Shown in pieces: positions 56,428 to 64,000 of a stretch of 64,000 nt of DNA. Positions within the stretch are counted from its first letter, which is position 1. The number at the start of each line of letters is the position of its first letter. Made by a program: the position numbers and the translations under genes. The notes below the pieces were generated by a model that worked only from the letters and a program-made list of their open reading frames with translations, did no database searches and was not told where the DNA came from. Origin of the DNA: an uncultured Planctomycetota bacterium (GTDB lineage: Bacteria; Planctomycetota; Phycisphaerae; Sedimentisphaerales; UBA12454); NCBI GenBank assembly GCA_903847315.1, contig CAINDG010000031.1, forward strand, positions 31,435-95,434, in the 5' to 3' direction.

Positions 56428-56838
56428 TTAATTTTTTGGTTTTTTGTGCTTGTCCCGCATAGCCTGAAAATCCTTATTCCAGCGTTCAAACTGCTGCCCA
56501 GTAAGAACCGAATTCATATCTGCTATTAATGTTTGAATGTCAGCCTCATGTCTTTTGTCTTCCTCTGCGTCATATATTTTTTTCTGCTGGAACGCCTTAT
56601 TGATAATTTGTCCTACTTGTGTTGTTTGTTGTGAATTCAAATCGTACTTTTCGCTTATTTCTTTTGCGATATCATTAGCGTCTTTATGCGGATGACTTAC
56701 CCCTATCCATATAACTCTTTGCTTTATAAGCATTATGGTTCCGCCGGCACCGATGGCGATGCCGGAAATAAAAATTATAAGCCACAGGAGTATTTTTTTA
56801 AGACGGTAATTTTTTATAATGTTTTCTTCTGTTACCAT
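56428..56838 (-). CDS. Membrane-anchored periplasmic LTxxQ-motif protein (Spy/CpxP-like)
   Basis: N-terminal TM. C-terminal helical region contains LTGQQFERW (LTxxQ motif). Confidence 0.4.
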   Translation of the reverse strand: MVTEENIIKNYRLKKILLWLIIFISGIAIGAGGTIMLIKQRVIWIGVSHPHKDANDIAKEISEKYDLNSQQTTQVGQIINKAFQQKKIYDAEEDKRHEADIQTLIADMNSVLTGQQFERWNKDFQAMRDKHKKPKN

Positions 56839-57095
56839 AATGAGACTCCCTGATATGGTACAAATAACTGAAATAACGGGTTAACTATATATTGCCAAGC
56901 CTGGATTGAGAAGAAAGTAACAATAGAAGCAGCGACTGCGGTAATTCCAGCGAAGAGTTCGAGCGGCAAAAGCCCGACTTTTTCCTGCTGCAGAAGGTTT
57001 ATTTGAGCCATTACGTTGTCTGAAACGTCAAATTGCGTGATTGGCTCATTTCTCGCTGTTTTAGCTAATTTTTCGATAATTTTTATTACATCCAT
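56832..57095 (-). CDS. Putative anti-sigma factor (small single-TM protein)
   Basis: 87 aa. Start overlaps the ECF sigma gene stop by 10 nt. Has one TM (LFAGITAVAASIVTFFSI). Confidence 0.4.
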   Translation of the reverse strand: MDVIKIIEKLAKTARNEPITQFDVSDNVMAQINLLQQEKVGLLPLELFAGITAVAASIVTFFSIQAWQYIVNPLFQLFVPYQGVSLW

Positions 57096-57643
57096 TCGAA
57101 TTTCTCCGAAAATTTTTCTTTTTCCGCGATTTTTTTCAGTTTTCCGCGAGCCCTCATCGCACGCATTTTAGTTCCCGCTTTCGTCCAGCCCATTCTTTTG
57201 GCGATTTCCTCAATCGAACATTCCTCAAAGTACATCAATGTAAGTACAAGCCGGTCATCACGATGCAGCCGATTAAACAAAGAATGCAAAACATCAGCGG
57301 CCTGAGATGCGTCAATCGTTTCATTTTCACTTTTGGTAATGGTATCGAAATCTTCTATCGGCACAAACAGCCTTGCTTTGTCACGCTCTTTCCAAAACCT
57401 GTAGCCGACGCGAGTTGCGATAATGTTTAGCCAATGAATAAAAGGACCTGTGCCTTTATAGCTTTTAAGGCTAAAGTACGCATCGACAAAGACATCCTGC
57501 ACAAGCCTTTCACATTCAGTCCTATCGCGGGTAAACCGCCACATAAGCCTGACTATCTGCGACTCATACCTTTGTACAAGCCGGCGGTAGGCATCGTCAT
57601 CGCCATCAAGACAAGCCTGAATGTCATTTAAGTCCGTTTCCAT
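57086..57643 (-). CDS. ECF-type RNA polymerase sigma factor
   Basis: 185 aa. Region 2 (YRRLVQRYESQIVRLMWRFTRDRTECERLVQDVFV) and a region 4 HTH (CSIEEIAKRMGWTKAGTKMRAMRARGKLKK). Confidence 0.85.
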   Translation of the reverse strand: METDLNDIQACLDGDDDAYRRLVQRYESQIVRLMWRFTRDRTECERLVQDVFVDAYFSLKSYKGTGPFIHWLNIIATRVGYRFWKERDKARLFVPIEDFDTITKSENETIDASQAADVLHSLFNRLHRDDRLVLTLMYFEECSIEEIAKRMGWTKAGTKMRAMRARGKLKKIAEKEKFSEKFEWM

Positions 57644-57760
57644 AAACGTATTATAATGAAAAAGAGCAAATAAGCAATTACTGCCGGATTATCCGGGCAG
57701 TCTTTACCGCTTAGTTAGTGGATGGTTCTGTTGGCAGGTAACAGAAAAAATACAGGAGTT

Positions 57761-57788
57761 TTGCCCAAATTGAGTTTGTTTGTATAAT
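57761..57788 (+). promoter_or_regulatory. Candidate sigma70-type promoter upstream of htrA (TTGCCC - 16 nt - TATAAT)
   Basis: TATAAT at 57783-57788 and TTGCCC at 57761-57766. A possible ECF-type GAAC (57793-57796) - 17 nt - CGTA (57814-57817) lies just downstream. Confidence 0.3.
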
Positions 57789-57908
57789 AACTGAACAAAT
57801 TTATGTTTATATCCGTAAATAGCAAAATAAACTTTACAGAGCAATTCAAAGCTGTTTTTTAATAGCTTCAAGATTTTATATTTCTAAGTTATTGAAAGGA
57901 AAGAAGTT

Positions 57909-59378
57909 ATGAAGCACAAGAAAGTCCTCGCACTGGTTTCAGTTCTTGCAATTATTTTTTTACTAACCCCTATTTGTCCGGCGGACCCCGACAAAAAATC
58001 CGATATTGAAACTTTGCGTAATACCGGCGAAGCCTTTGCCGATATTGCCGCCAAGGTCTCTCCTGCCGTAGTTTTCGTAAGCGTTAAGCAGGAATATACC
58101 CAGAGGGTTCCAGATATGTTTTTCGGGGACCCGTTTGAACAGTTTCAGGATGACGAATTTTTCCAGAGATTTTTCGGACAGCAATTCCGTCAGCGGCACC
58201 AGCAGCAGCAACAGCAGCCAAGGGAAAGAAAGCAAGTCCGCAAAGGTCAGGGTTCGGGCTTTATTATCACGGCCGATGGTTATATCCTGACCAACAATCA
58301 CGTTGTCAGGGATGCCAATGAAATAATCGTAAAACTTTCCGATAACAAAGAATTTCCCGCCAAAGTAATCGGCACCGACCCTGATACCGATGTGGCAGTC
58401 ATCAAGATTGACGCTAAAAATCTGCCGACAGCGGAATTGGGCGACTCCGACCAGCTCAAAGTCGGCCAGTGGGTTCTCGCAATCGGCAATCCATTCGGTC
58501 TTAGCCATACCGTAACGGCAGGTATTGTCTCCGCCAAGGGCAGGAGCAAAATCGGCCTTGCGGAGTACGAGGATTTCATACAGACCGATGCCGCCATAAA
58601 TTTCGGCAATTCAGGCGGACCTTTGATTAACATCGACGGAAAAGTTATAGGCATCAATTCGGCAATCTACAGCCAAAGCGGCGGCTATTCGGGTATTGGT
58701 TTTGCCATACCTATCAATATGGCAAAATATGTTTATGACCAGCTCGTCAGCGGCGGCAAGGTTACAAGAGGTTATATCGGCGTCTATGGCGAAGATGTTA
58801 CCCCTGAAATGGCTGAACTGCTCGGCGCCAAAGGAATCAAGGGCATAATTGTTCACAAAATCGCCAAGGACAGCCCTGCGGAAAAAGCAGGACTGCAGAA
58901 GGGCGATATAGTTATCAAAAAAGATTCGAAGGCGATTGAAAGCTGGGATAATTTCAGGAACGACGTAGCCAAGATACCGCCCGGCAAAAAGATAACGCTT
59001 ACTGTTATGAGAGACGGCAAGGAAAAAGATTTTGAAATCGAGCTTGCAACCAGAGAGTCAAAAGTGGCTTCCGCAGATGAGCAGGAAAAGTCCGCACACA
59101 AGCTCGGCATAACCGTGCAGAATTTGACGCCGGAACTTGCGCAGCAATTCGGCTATAAGGACGAACAGTCCGGCGTTATTGTAACCGAAGTGGAATCCGG
59201 TTCACCCGCCGAAACCGCGAACATAGCGGTCGGTACTTTGATAATGGAAGTCAACCGCCAAAAGGTCAAGGATGCGGACAATTTCTGGGAACTGGTTAAC
59301 AAGACCAAGGGCTCTTTGCTGCTTTATATGCGGCAGGGCGAGTATTCAAAATATGTTGTTATCAAACTTGCTGAATAA
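57909..59378 (+). CDS. htrA: Do/DegP/HtrA-family periplasmic serine endoprotease with two PDZ domains
   Basis: Catalytic triad contexts TNNHVV, DVAVIKI and GNSGGPL. Signal peptide present. Two PDZ-like regions (GI.V..I...[14 protein letters not shown] and [14 protein letters not shown]). Confidence 0.95.
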   Translation: MKHKKVLALVSVLAIIFLLTPICPADPDKKSDIETLRNTGEAFADIAAKVSPAVVFVSVKQEYTQRVPDMFFGDPFEQFQDDEFFQRFFGQQFRQRHQQQQQQPRERKQVRKGQGSGFIITADGYILTNNHVVRDANEIIVKLSDNKEFPAKVIGTDPDTDVAVIKIDAKNLPTAELGDSDQLKVGQWVLAIGNPFGLSHTVTAGIVSAKGRSKIGLAEYEDFIQTDAAINFGNSGGPLINIDGKVIGINSAIYSQSGGYSGIGFAIPINMAKYVYDQLVSGGKVTRGYIGVYGEDVTPEMAELLGAKGIKGIIVHKIAKDSPAEKAGLQKGDIVIKKDSKAIESWDNFRNDVAKIPPGKKITLTVMRDGKEKDFEIELATRESKVASADEQEKSAHKLGITVQNLTPELAQQFGYKDEQSGVIVTEVESGSPAETANIAVGTLIMEVNRQKVKDADNFWELVNKTKGSLLLYMRQGEYSKYVVIKLAE

Positions 59379-59402
59379 GTAGAATATAATTGAGTGATTT
59401 TT

Positions 59403-59434
59403 AAACGGGACGTTTCTTTGAAAGCGTCCCGTTT
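59403..59434. terminator. Bidirectional terminator hairpin between convergent htrA and the aminotransferase gene
   Basis: AAACGGGACG (59403-59412) pairs perfectly with CGTCCCGTTT (59425-59434). Confidence 0.65.
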
Positions 59435-59441
59435 GCATAGA

Positions 59442-60581
59442 TTAGGCAAGTTTGTTTAAAATCTCGATGCCTTTTTTAATCTTGTCGTTGGTCGTCGTAT
59501 AGCAGAGTCTGAAATGTGTGTCTTTTTCGCTGAAGACGCAGCCGGGGATAATCAGCACATTATTTTTAATCGCCTTTTCGACAAATTCAGTTCCTGTACC
59601 TTTTGGAGATTTTACAAAGGCGTAAAATGCGCCGGCAGGTTTTATCAACTCGAACTTATCCTTTAAGCCTTCATACAAAAGGTCTCGTCTGGTTTTGTAA
59701 TCGGCTATAAGGTCGCTTACGTCGTAATCCAAAGCCGCCAGGGCCGCCTGCTGGAACGGAGACGGCGCACAGACAAAGGTGTATTGCTGAATTTTTGTCA
59801 TTTCCTCGATTATCGGTTTTAAATGCTGCGGAACCGCTACATAGGCAAGCCGCCAGCCGGTCATCGCGTAGGATTTGCTGAATCCCTTCATAAGAATTGT
59901 ATTAGGATAAATCGATGCGATGCTCGGGAAGGGGGCATCATAACAGTATTTGTCGTAAATCTCGTCGGACAAGATAAGAATTTCTCTTTTTGCCGCGATT
60001 TCAGCAAGGACTTTAAGCTCGCTTGTCGAATAAACCGCGCCGGTAGGATTGCAGGGCGAATTTACGATGATTATTTTTGCTTTGTCCGTGATTTTATCCG
60101 CGATTTTTTCAGGGTGCAGACCGAAGTCGGGATAAGTGTCAACGAAGACGCATTTCCCGCCGAGCAGATTTACAAGATGCTTGTACATTACAAAGTAGGG
60201 GTCTGGGATTATTACCTCGTCGCCCGGATTGATAAGGCTCATAAAACTCAGCAGCAGTGCGCCGCTTACGCCGCTTGCGAAAAGGACGGATGGATTTTTC
60301 CAGCTTGCCGCGGCGGAGCAATGCGAAGACGGGCCGAACTGAGCGGTGATTTTCTCGGCGATTTTTGCACAGAGCGCCGGTTCGCCCGCCGTGATGGTAT
60401 ATTTATTTTTGCCCTGTTTTATGGCATCAATCGCGACTTGCTTGAGTGGCTGCGGTACATCGAAATCCGGCTGACCGATTGAGAAGTTAATCGGGTCTTT
60501 CATTGAAGCGGCAAGATTAAAAATTTTTCTTATGCCACTTGCGTCAATAAGAGCCGTTCTGTCGGCGAGATATTTCTTCAC
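59442..60581 (-). CDS. Pyridoxal-phosphate-dependent aminotransferase (class I/II)
   Basis: 379 aa. Contains NPCNPTG and the PLP-lysine motif GFSKSYAMTGWRLAY. Confidence 0.9.
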   Translation of the reverse strand: MKKYLADRTALIDASGIRKIFNLAASMKDPINFSIGQPDFDVPQPLKQVAIDAIKQGKNKYTITAGEPALCAKIAEKITAQFGPSSHCSAAASWKNPSVLFASGVSGALLLSFMSLINPGDEVIIPDPYFVMYKHLVNLLGGKCVFVDTYPDFGLHPEKIADKITDKAKIIIVNSPCNPTGAVYSTSELKVLAEIAAKREILILSDEIYDKYCYDAPFPSIASIYPNTILMKGFSKSYAMTGWRLAYVAVPQHLKPIIEEMTKIQQYTFVCAPSPFQQAALAALDYDVSDLIADYKTRRDLLYEGLKDKFELIKPAGAFYAFVKSPKGTGTEFVEKAIKNNVLIIPGCVFSEKDTHFRLCYTTTNDKIKKGIEILNKLA

Positions 60582-60593
60582 CGCTGAGTCATC

Positions 60594-61001
60594 CTATCTT
60601 CTGCCGCCGCCACCGCCCGGTTTACCCTGGCCGGTAGATTTGGCTGCCGGAGCGGTTTTAGCAGGGGCGATTTTTGCGCCTGCCGGTGACTTAGATGCTG
60701 CAGGGGCTTTTCCGGCAGGTGCGCCGGCCTTACCGGCGGCTGGTGCTCCAGCTTTGCCGGCAGGAGCAACTGCGCCCGGTGCGCCTGGAACGCCTGCTAC
60801 TTCGCCTTCTACTGCGGCTTTAGCTTCTTTCTTCTTGGAGACAGTGACCTTTCTATTGGCTACTTTGGGCAGACCGAAGAGACTGTTGCCCTCTTCCCAT
60901 TTCTCTTCGTCTTTTAGCCGTTTAAGTCTCTCTGCACGTGTAAGTACGTTACGGTGCCGCACAAGGGCGCCTTTAAGTTTCAGCGAACGATCAATTGACA
61001 T
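60594..61001 (-). CDS. Small basic protein-like N-terminus with an Ala/Pro/Gly/Lys-rich tail
   Basis: MSIDRSLKLKGALVRHRNVLTRAERLKRLKDEEKW... resembles the 'small basic protein' family of PVC-group bacteria. The C-terminal ~70 aa are low-complexity. Confidence 0.5.
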   Translation of the reverse strand: MSIDRSLKLKGALVRHRNVLTRAERLKRLKDEEKWEEGNSLFGLPKVANRKVTVSKKKEAKAAVEGEVAGVPGAPGAVAPAGKAGAPAAGKAGAPAGKAPAASKSPAGAKIAPAKTAPAAKSTGQGKPGGGGGRR

Positions 61002-61020
61002 AGAAAAAACTCCTGAAAAA

Positions 61021-61848
61021 CTAATTTGCTTTCATACCATAAACGTCCTGGAACGGCTTTGTTCCGAAGGACTCAAAACCCGAACCTGCCGGCGACTTAT
61101 AATTTGCCCCGACAGATATAATTTTCTTTTTCATCTCATAACCATCGGTGCCGGGCTTGTCGATATTATTAAAACGGTTCTGCGTTACCAGCAGGTAACG
61201 AGGACCTCTTTTTATTATCTCTGTCGCGATGCCATACTGGGCGAAATACTGTTTTACCGGCTCAAGATGCGAACTCAAATCATAGCTCGTAATAACAATG
61301 ACATTCTCGCCCATCGGCTCAACCATTTTGGGCGGGTTTTGCGCCGTTACTCTTTTTTCAGCGACCGCCGGTTTTGCCGATTCAGGTATAACGGATTGTA
61401 CCGGTATCGCCGGCTTTACAACTTTTGCCGTCTGTGCCTTTTTTGTCGCACTATTCTGTCCCAGTCTGAAGAACATCAGCAATATCGCCAAAATAACCAA
61501 ACCCGTTATCGCGGCAACCTGCCACGTAAGACACAGCTCTATCCGGTCCGGATAAACTCTTACCGGTTTTTGTCTGCCGCTCCATACAACTTCAGGCCTG
61601 GCTGTCCTGACAGTATTTGTTTTAGCAACTTCCGGCTGAACCTGCGGTTGCGCAGGGGCAGGTGTTTGTACCTGCGGAACAGCTTCCTGTTTTTCTCCCG
61701 GATGTTTAGCGGCGTCGATTCTCAAACTGACGTCGGCCAACGCTTTGAGCTGTGCGTTTTTAAATCGCGTCTTATTTATCAGCTCATAAAGTGCTGCTTG
61801 TCTCGGATTTCTTGCCATATTTCCAGCCTTTACCGGCTTAACAACCAT
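61021..61848 (-). CDS. Single-TM protein with a possible SPOR-like C-terminal domain
   Basis: TM WQVAAITGLVILAILLMFF. Pro/Gln-rich linker. C-terminus VIVITSYDLSSHLEPVKQYFAQYGIATEIIKRGPRYLLV is weakly SPOR-like. Confidence 0.35.
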   Translation of the reverse strand: MVVKPVKAGNMARNPRQAALYELINKTRFKNAQLKALADVSLRIDAAKHPGEKQEAVPQVQTPAPAQPQVQPEVAKTNTVRTARPEVVWSGRQKPVRVYPDRIELCLTWQVAAITGLVILAILLMFFRLGQNSATKKAQTAKVVKPAIPVQSVIPESAKPAVAEKRVTAQNPPKMVEPMGENVIVITSYDLSSHLEPVKQYFAQYGIATEIIKRGPRYLLVTQNRFNNIDKPGTDGYEMKKKIISVGANYKSPAGSGFESFGTKPFQDVYGMKAN

Positions 61849-61962
61849 TCTGTTAGAATTAATAGGAAACAGAAAGATAACCTATTTTCCTGTATCTTTC
61901 AACAGGAAAAATCTGCTTTAGACGCTAAATCCGGCAGATAAACTGGAATTTTTGAAATTTTC

Positions 61963-61991
61963 TTGACAATAACTCCAATCTAAACTATTAA
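61963..61991 (+). promoter_or_regulatory. Candidate promoter for rpmF-plsX-fabH (TTGACA - 17 nt - TATTAA)
   Basis: TTGACA at 61963-61968 and TATTAA at 61986-61991. This would give a leader of about 165 nt. Confidence 0.4.
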
Positions 61992-62158
61992 AACCTCTCC
62001 AGAATTTGATTTAGTTGGCGTTTTTTTTGCCGCAAAGGGCGATTTTACTCGCCTAATTATTTATACAAAGAGCGATTTCACCGCAATTATCGGTTCAACA
62101 GGGCTGATAGATGGAGTTGGTCTTTGTTGTTTTTTTATCCTTAACTGGAGAAAATTAG

Positions 62159-62350
62159 ATGTTACCAGCAAAAAAGAAAAGTAGAACGAGAACGAGAACG
62201 CATAGAAGCCATCATCGAATAAAGGCTGTACACTTCTCGGTATGCAAAAAATGCAACAGTCCTAAATTGCCTCATGCTGCCTGTGACAACTGCGGATATG
62301 TCAATTCAAAAATTACCCTCAAGCTCGCCAAAAAAGAGGAGGCTAGCTGA
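62159..62350 (+). CDS. rpmF: 50S ribosomal protein L32
   Basis: 63 aa. Basic N-terminus (KKKSRTRTRTHRSHH) and zinc-ribbon CKKC...CDNC. Conserved rpmF-plsX-fabH synteny. Confidence 0.9.
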   Translation: MLPAKKKSRTRTRTHRSHHRIKAVHFSVCKKCNSPKLPHAACDNCGYVNSKITLKLAKKEEAS

Positions 62351-62352
62351 CA

Positions 62353-63372
62353 ATGAGGATAGCCCTTGACGCCATGGGGGGCGATTTCGCACCTGATGAA
62401 ATTCTTAATGGTGCTCTTGAGTCGATACCACATCTCGACAAGGATGATACTTTGATTCTTGTCGGACCGGCTGAACTTATTGAATCCAAACTGAGCGCCA
62501 AAAATCTCAGCAAATTTGCTGATGCCATAAAGATAGTCAATGCCACTGAAGTTATCGGGATGGACGAATCGCCCATCGATGCTATTCGAAAAAAACGAGA
62601 CAGCTCCATATCCGTTATGACAAAACTGGCCGCAGATGGCCAGGCTGACGGTGTTATCTCGGCGGGAAACACGGGAGCGTGCGTTGCCGCTTGTCAGATG
62701 AGAATGAGAAACATTGAAGGCGTAAACAGGCCGGGCATCGCCGTTGTATTTCCTACTTTCGAAGGGCCTGTTACTATGTGCGATGTCGGTGCAAACATCG
62801 CGTGCAAACCGATTAACTTTTATCAGTATGCTGTAATGTCGTGTTTGTATTCTAAAAATCTTCTCGGTATCGCAAATCCGCGTGTCGGAATTATGAGTAT
62901 CGGGGAAGAAGATGCCAAGGGGAACGAAACTGTAAAAAAAGCGAGGGAGCTTATTAAAAGCGACCCGAAAATAAACTTTATCGGCAATATTGAAGGCCGC
63001 GATATATTCAAGGGCAAGTGCGATGTCGCAATTTGCGACGGCTTTGTCGGGAATGTCGTGCTTAAGCTTACCGAAGGTCTGGTTGACGGACTTTTCAAGT
63101 TAATTAAACATGAGATTATGCAGGAATCGTGGTTCCTTGCCTGGAAATTCAAGCCGATTGTGATGCGTATGTACCGAAAGTATGATTATAATGAATACGG
63201 CGGCGCACTGCTTATGGGCGTAAACGGAACATGTGTTATCTGTCATGGTTCCAGCAAGAGCAGAACGATAAAAAATGCCATTACGGCCTGCCGGAAATTT
63301 CACAATTTGGGGATAAACGGGCAGATAAAAGAATATCTGGCCGCATCTGCTATCAGGGGTGCCGATGAGTAG
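62353..63372 (+). CDS. plsX: Phosphate acyltransferase PlsX
   Basis: MRIALDAMGGDFAP N-terminus, GNTGA and HGSS motifs. 339 aa. Confidence 0.95.
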   Translation: MRIALDAMGGDFAPDEILNGALESIPHLDKDDTLILVGPAELIESKLSAKNLSKFADAIKIVNATEVIGMDESPIDAIRKKRDSSISVMTKLAADGQADGVISAGNTGACVAACQMRMRNIEGVNRPGIAVVFPTFEGPVTMCDVGANIACKPINFYQYAVMSCLYSKNLLGIANPRVGIMSIGEEDAKGNETVKKARELIKSDPKINFIGNIEGRDIFKGKCDVAICDGFVGNVVLKLTEGLVDGLFKLIKHEIMQESWFLAWKFKPIVMRMYRKYDYNEYGGALLMGVNGTCVICHGSSKSRTIKNAITACRKFHNLGINGQIKEYLAASAIRGADE

Positions 63373-64000
63373 CACAAAGACAAGTTCGGATAGTGCTTTT
63401 CGGGCTGTTATCGCGGGCACAGGCTCGTACGCGCCTGACAAGCAGCTTACAAATGAAGACCTTACTAAAATGATCGAGACCAGCGATGAGTGGATTACCA
63501 CCAGAACAGGTATAAAGGTCCGCCATATAGCCGCTGAGAATCAGACGACTGCTATGCTGGCGACCGAAGCCGCGAAAAGAGCGATTCAGCAGGCGAATAT
63601 TTCCGCTGAAGATATCGAATTGATTATTACCGCGACGATAACGCCCGAAATGGTATTTCCTTCAACGGCCTGTTTTGTTCAGGATATGCTCGGCGCGAAA
63701 AAAGCATGGGCTTTCGACATTTCCGCCGCGTGCAGCGGATTTGTTTATGCCCTGAGCATCGCACAGAATTTCGTGATAAACGGCAGATACGACAACGTCC
63801 TGGTCATAGGCGCTGAAGCCCTGAGCAAAATCGTAGATTACAAGGACAGGAAAAGCTGCATCCTTTTCGGCGATGGAGCGGGCGCCGCTGTCATAAAAAG
63901 AGGCGATAAAAAAGGCCCCAGAGGGGTCTTTTACAGTACTTCCGGCTCGGATGGTTCAGGCTGGCCGGCGATTCATTGTCCCGCTTACGGCAGCAGATAC
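63365..64000 (+). CDS. fabH: 3-oxoacyl-ACP synthase III (FabH), 5' part; runs off the window
   Basis: ATG 63365 overlaps the plsX stop by 8 nt. Contains TSDEWITTRTGIK and the active-site context FDISAACSGFVYAL. The frame stays open to position 64000. Confidence 0.9.
   Translation, partial: MSSTKTSSDSAFRAVIAGTGSYAPDKQLTNEDLTKMIETSDEWITTRTGIKVRHIAAENQTTAMLATEAAKRAIQQANISAEDIELIITATITPEMVFPSTACFVQDMLGAKKAWAFDISAACSGFVYALSIAQNFVINGRYDNVLVIGAEALSKIVDYKDRKSCILFGDGAGAAVIKRGDKKGPRGVFYSTSGSDGSGWPAIHCPAYGSRY

Noticed and set aside
59823-60482. 219-aa + strand ORF
   Set aside because: Antisense to the aminotransferase, which has clear PLP-enzyme motifs. The composition is Arg/Phe-rich and not protein-like.
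60532-61941. 469-aa + strand ORF
   Set aside because: It lies entirely antisense to two plausible - strand genes. Its translation is low-complexity (runs of P, A, L, R, S, C) with no motif. It is a by-product of GC-rich repeats on the other strand.

Overview
The window has three parts. I could not run any homology searches, HMM searches or RNA folding, so every call rests on motifs read by eye, on gene order and on hand-checked base pairing.

(1) 1-27687: right arm of a temperate tailed prophage, cut by the left edge of the window. A single + strand late operon runs in this order:
- lambda-family-like portal
- protease/scaffold
- decoration-type protein fused to a beta-helix
- E-family-like major capsid
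- an inserted block of secreted or membrane proteins
- head-tail and tail genes, then the tape measure
- two giant tail proteins (1010 and 1476 aa)

After these come three antisense membrane-protein genes, a near-consensus promoter, a GC-rich zinc-ribbon ORF, YopX and a tyrosine integrase. The arm ends in a tRNA-Ala(GGC)-like 3' fragment.

(2) 27688-36581: an 8.9-kb island bounded by a second copy (51/53 nt identical) of that tRNA-like att sequence. It carries five co-oriented genes:
- a NUDIX hydrolase
- an 845-aa RelA/SpoT-synthetase - TPR-like - SLOG/LSDAT-like - RyR-like fusion
- a TIR - TM - coiled-coil/TPR-like - FGE-sulfatase protein
- a lipoprotein
- a tandem 2TM SLATT-like membrane protein

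I read this as a candidate nucleotide-signalling (Thoeris-like) anti-phage system with an unusual architecture. It is the main finding.

(3) 36635-64000: ordinary chromosome, containing:
- a pectin/galacturonan locus (GH28, an SGNH-GH28 fusion, two ExuT-like MFS transporters)
- a CNNM/CorC-type protein and a nitroreductase
- an anhydro-MurNAc recycling operon (GH20-like, anmK, murQ, sodium:solute symporter)
- an ECF sigma / anti-sigma / LTxxQ protein / TolC / HlyD / MacB-type ABC operon, divergent from htrA
- an aminotransferase and a small basic protein
- rpmF-plsX-fabH (fabH runs off the right edge)

Gene content suggests a low-GC member of the PVC/Planctomycetota group; this is inference only. 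I recognised no rRNA, complete tRNA, CRISPR array or transposase.
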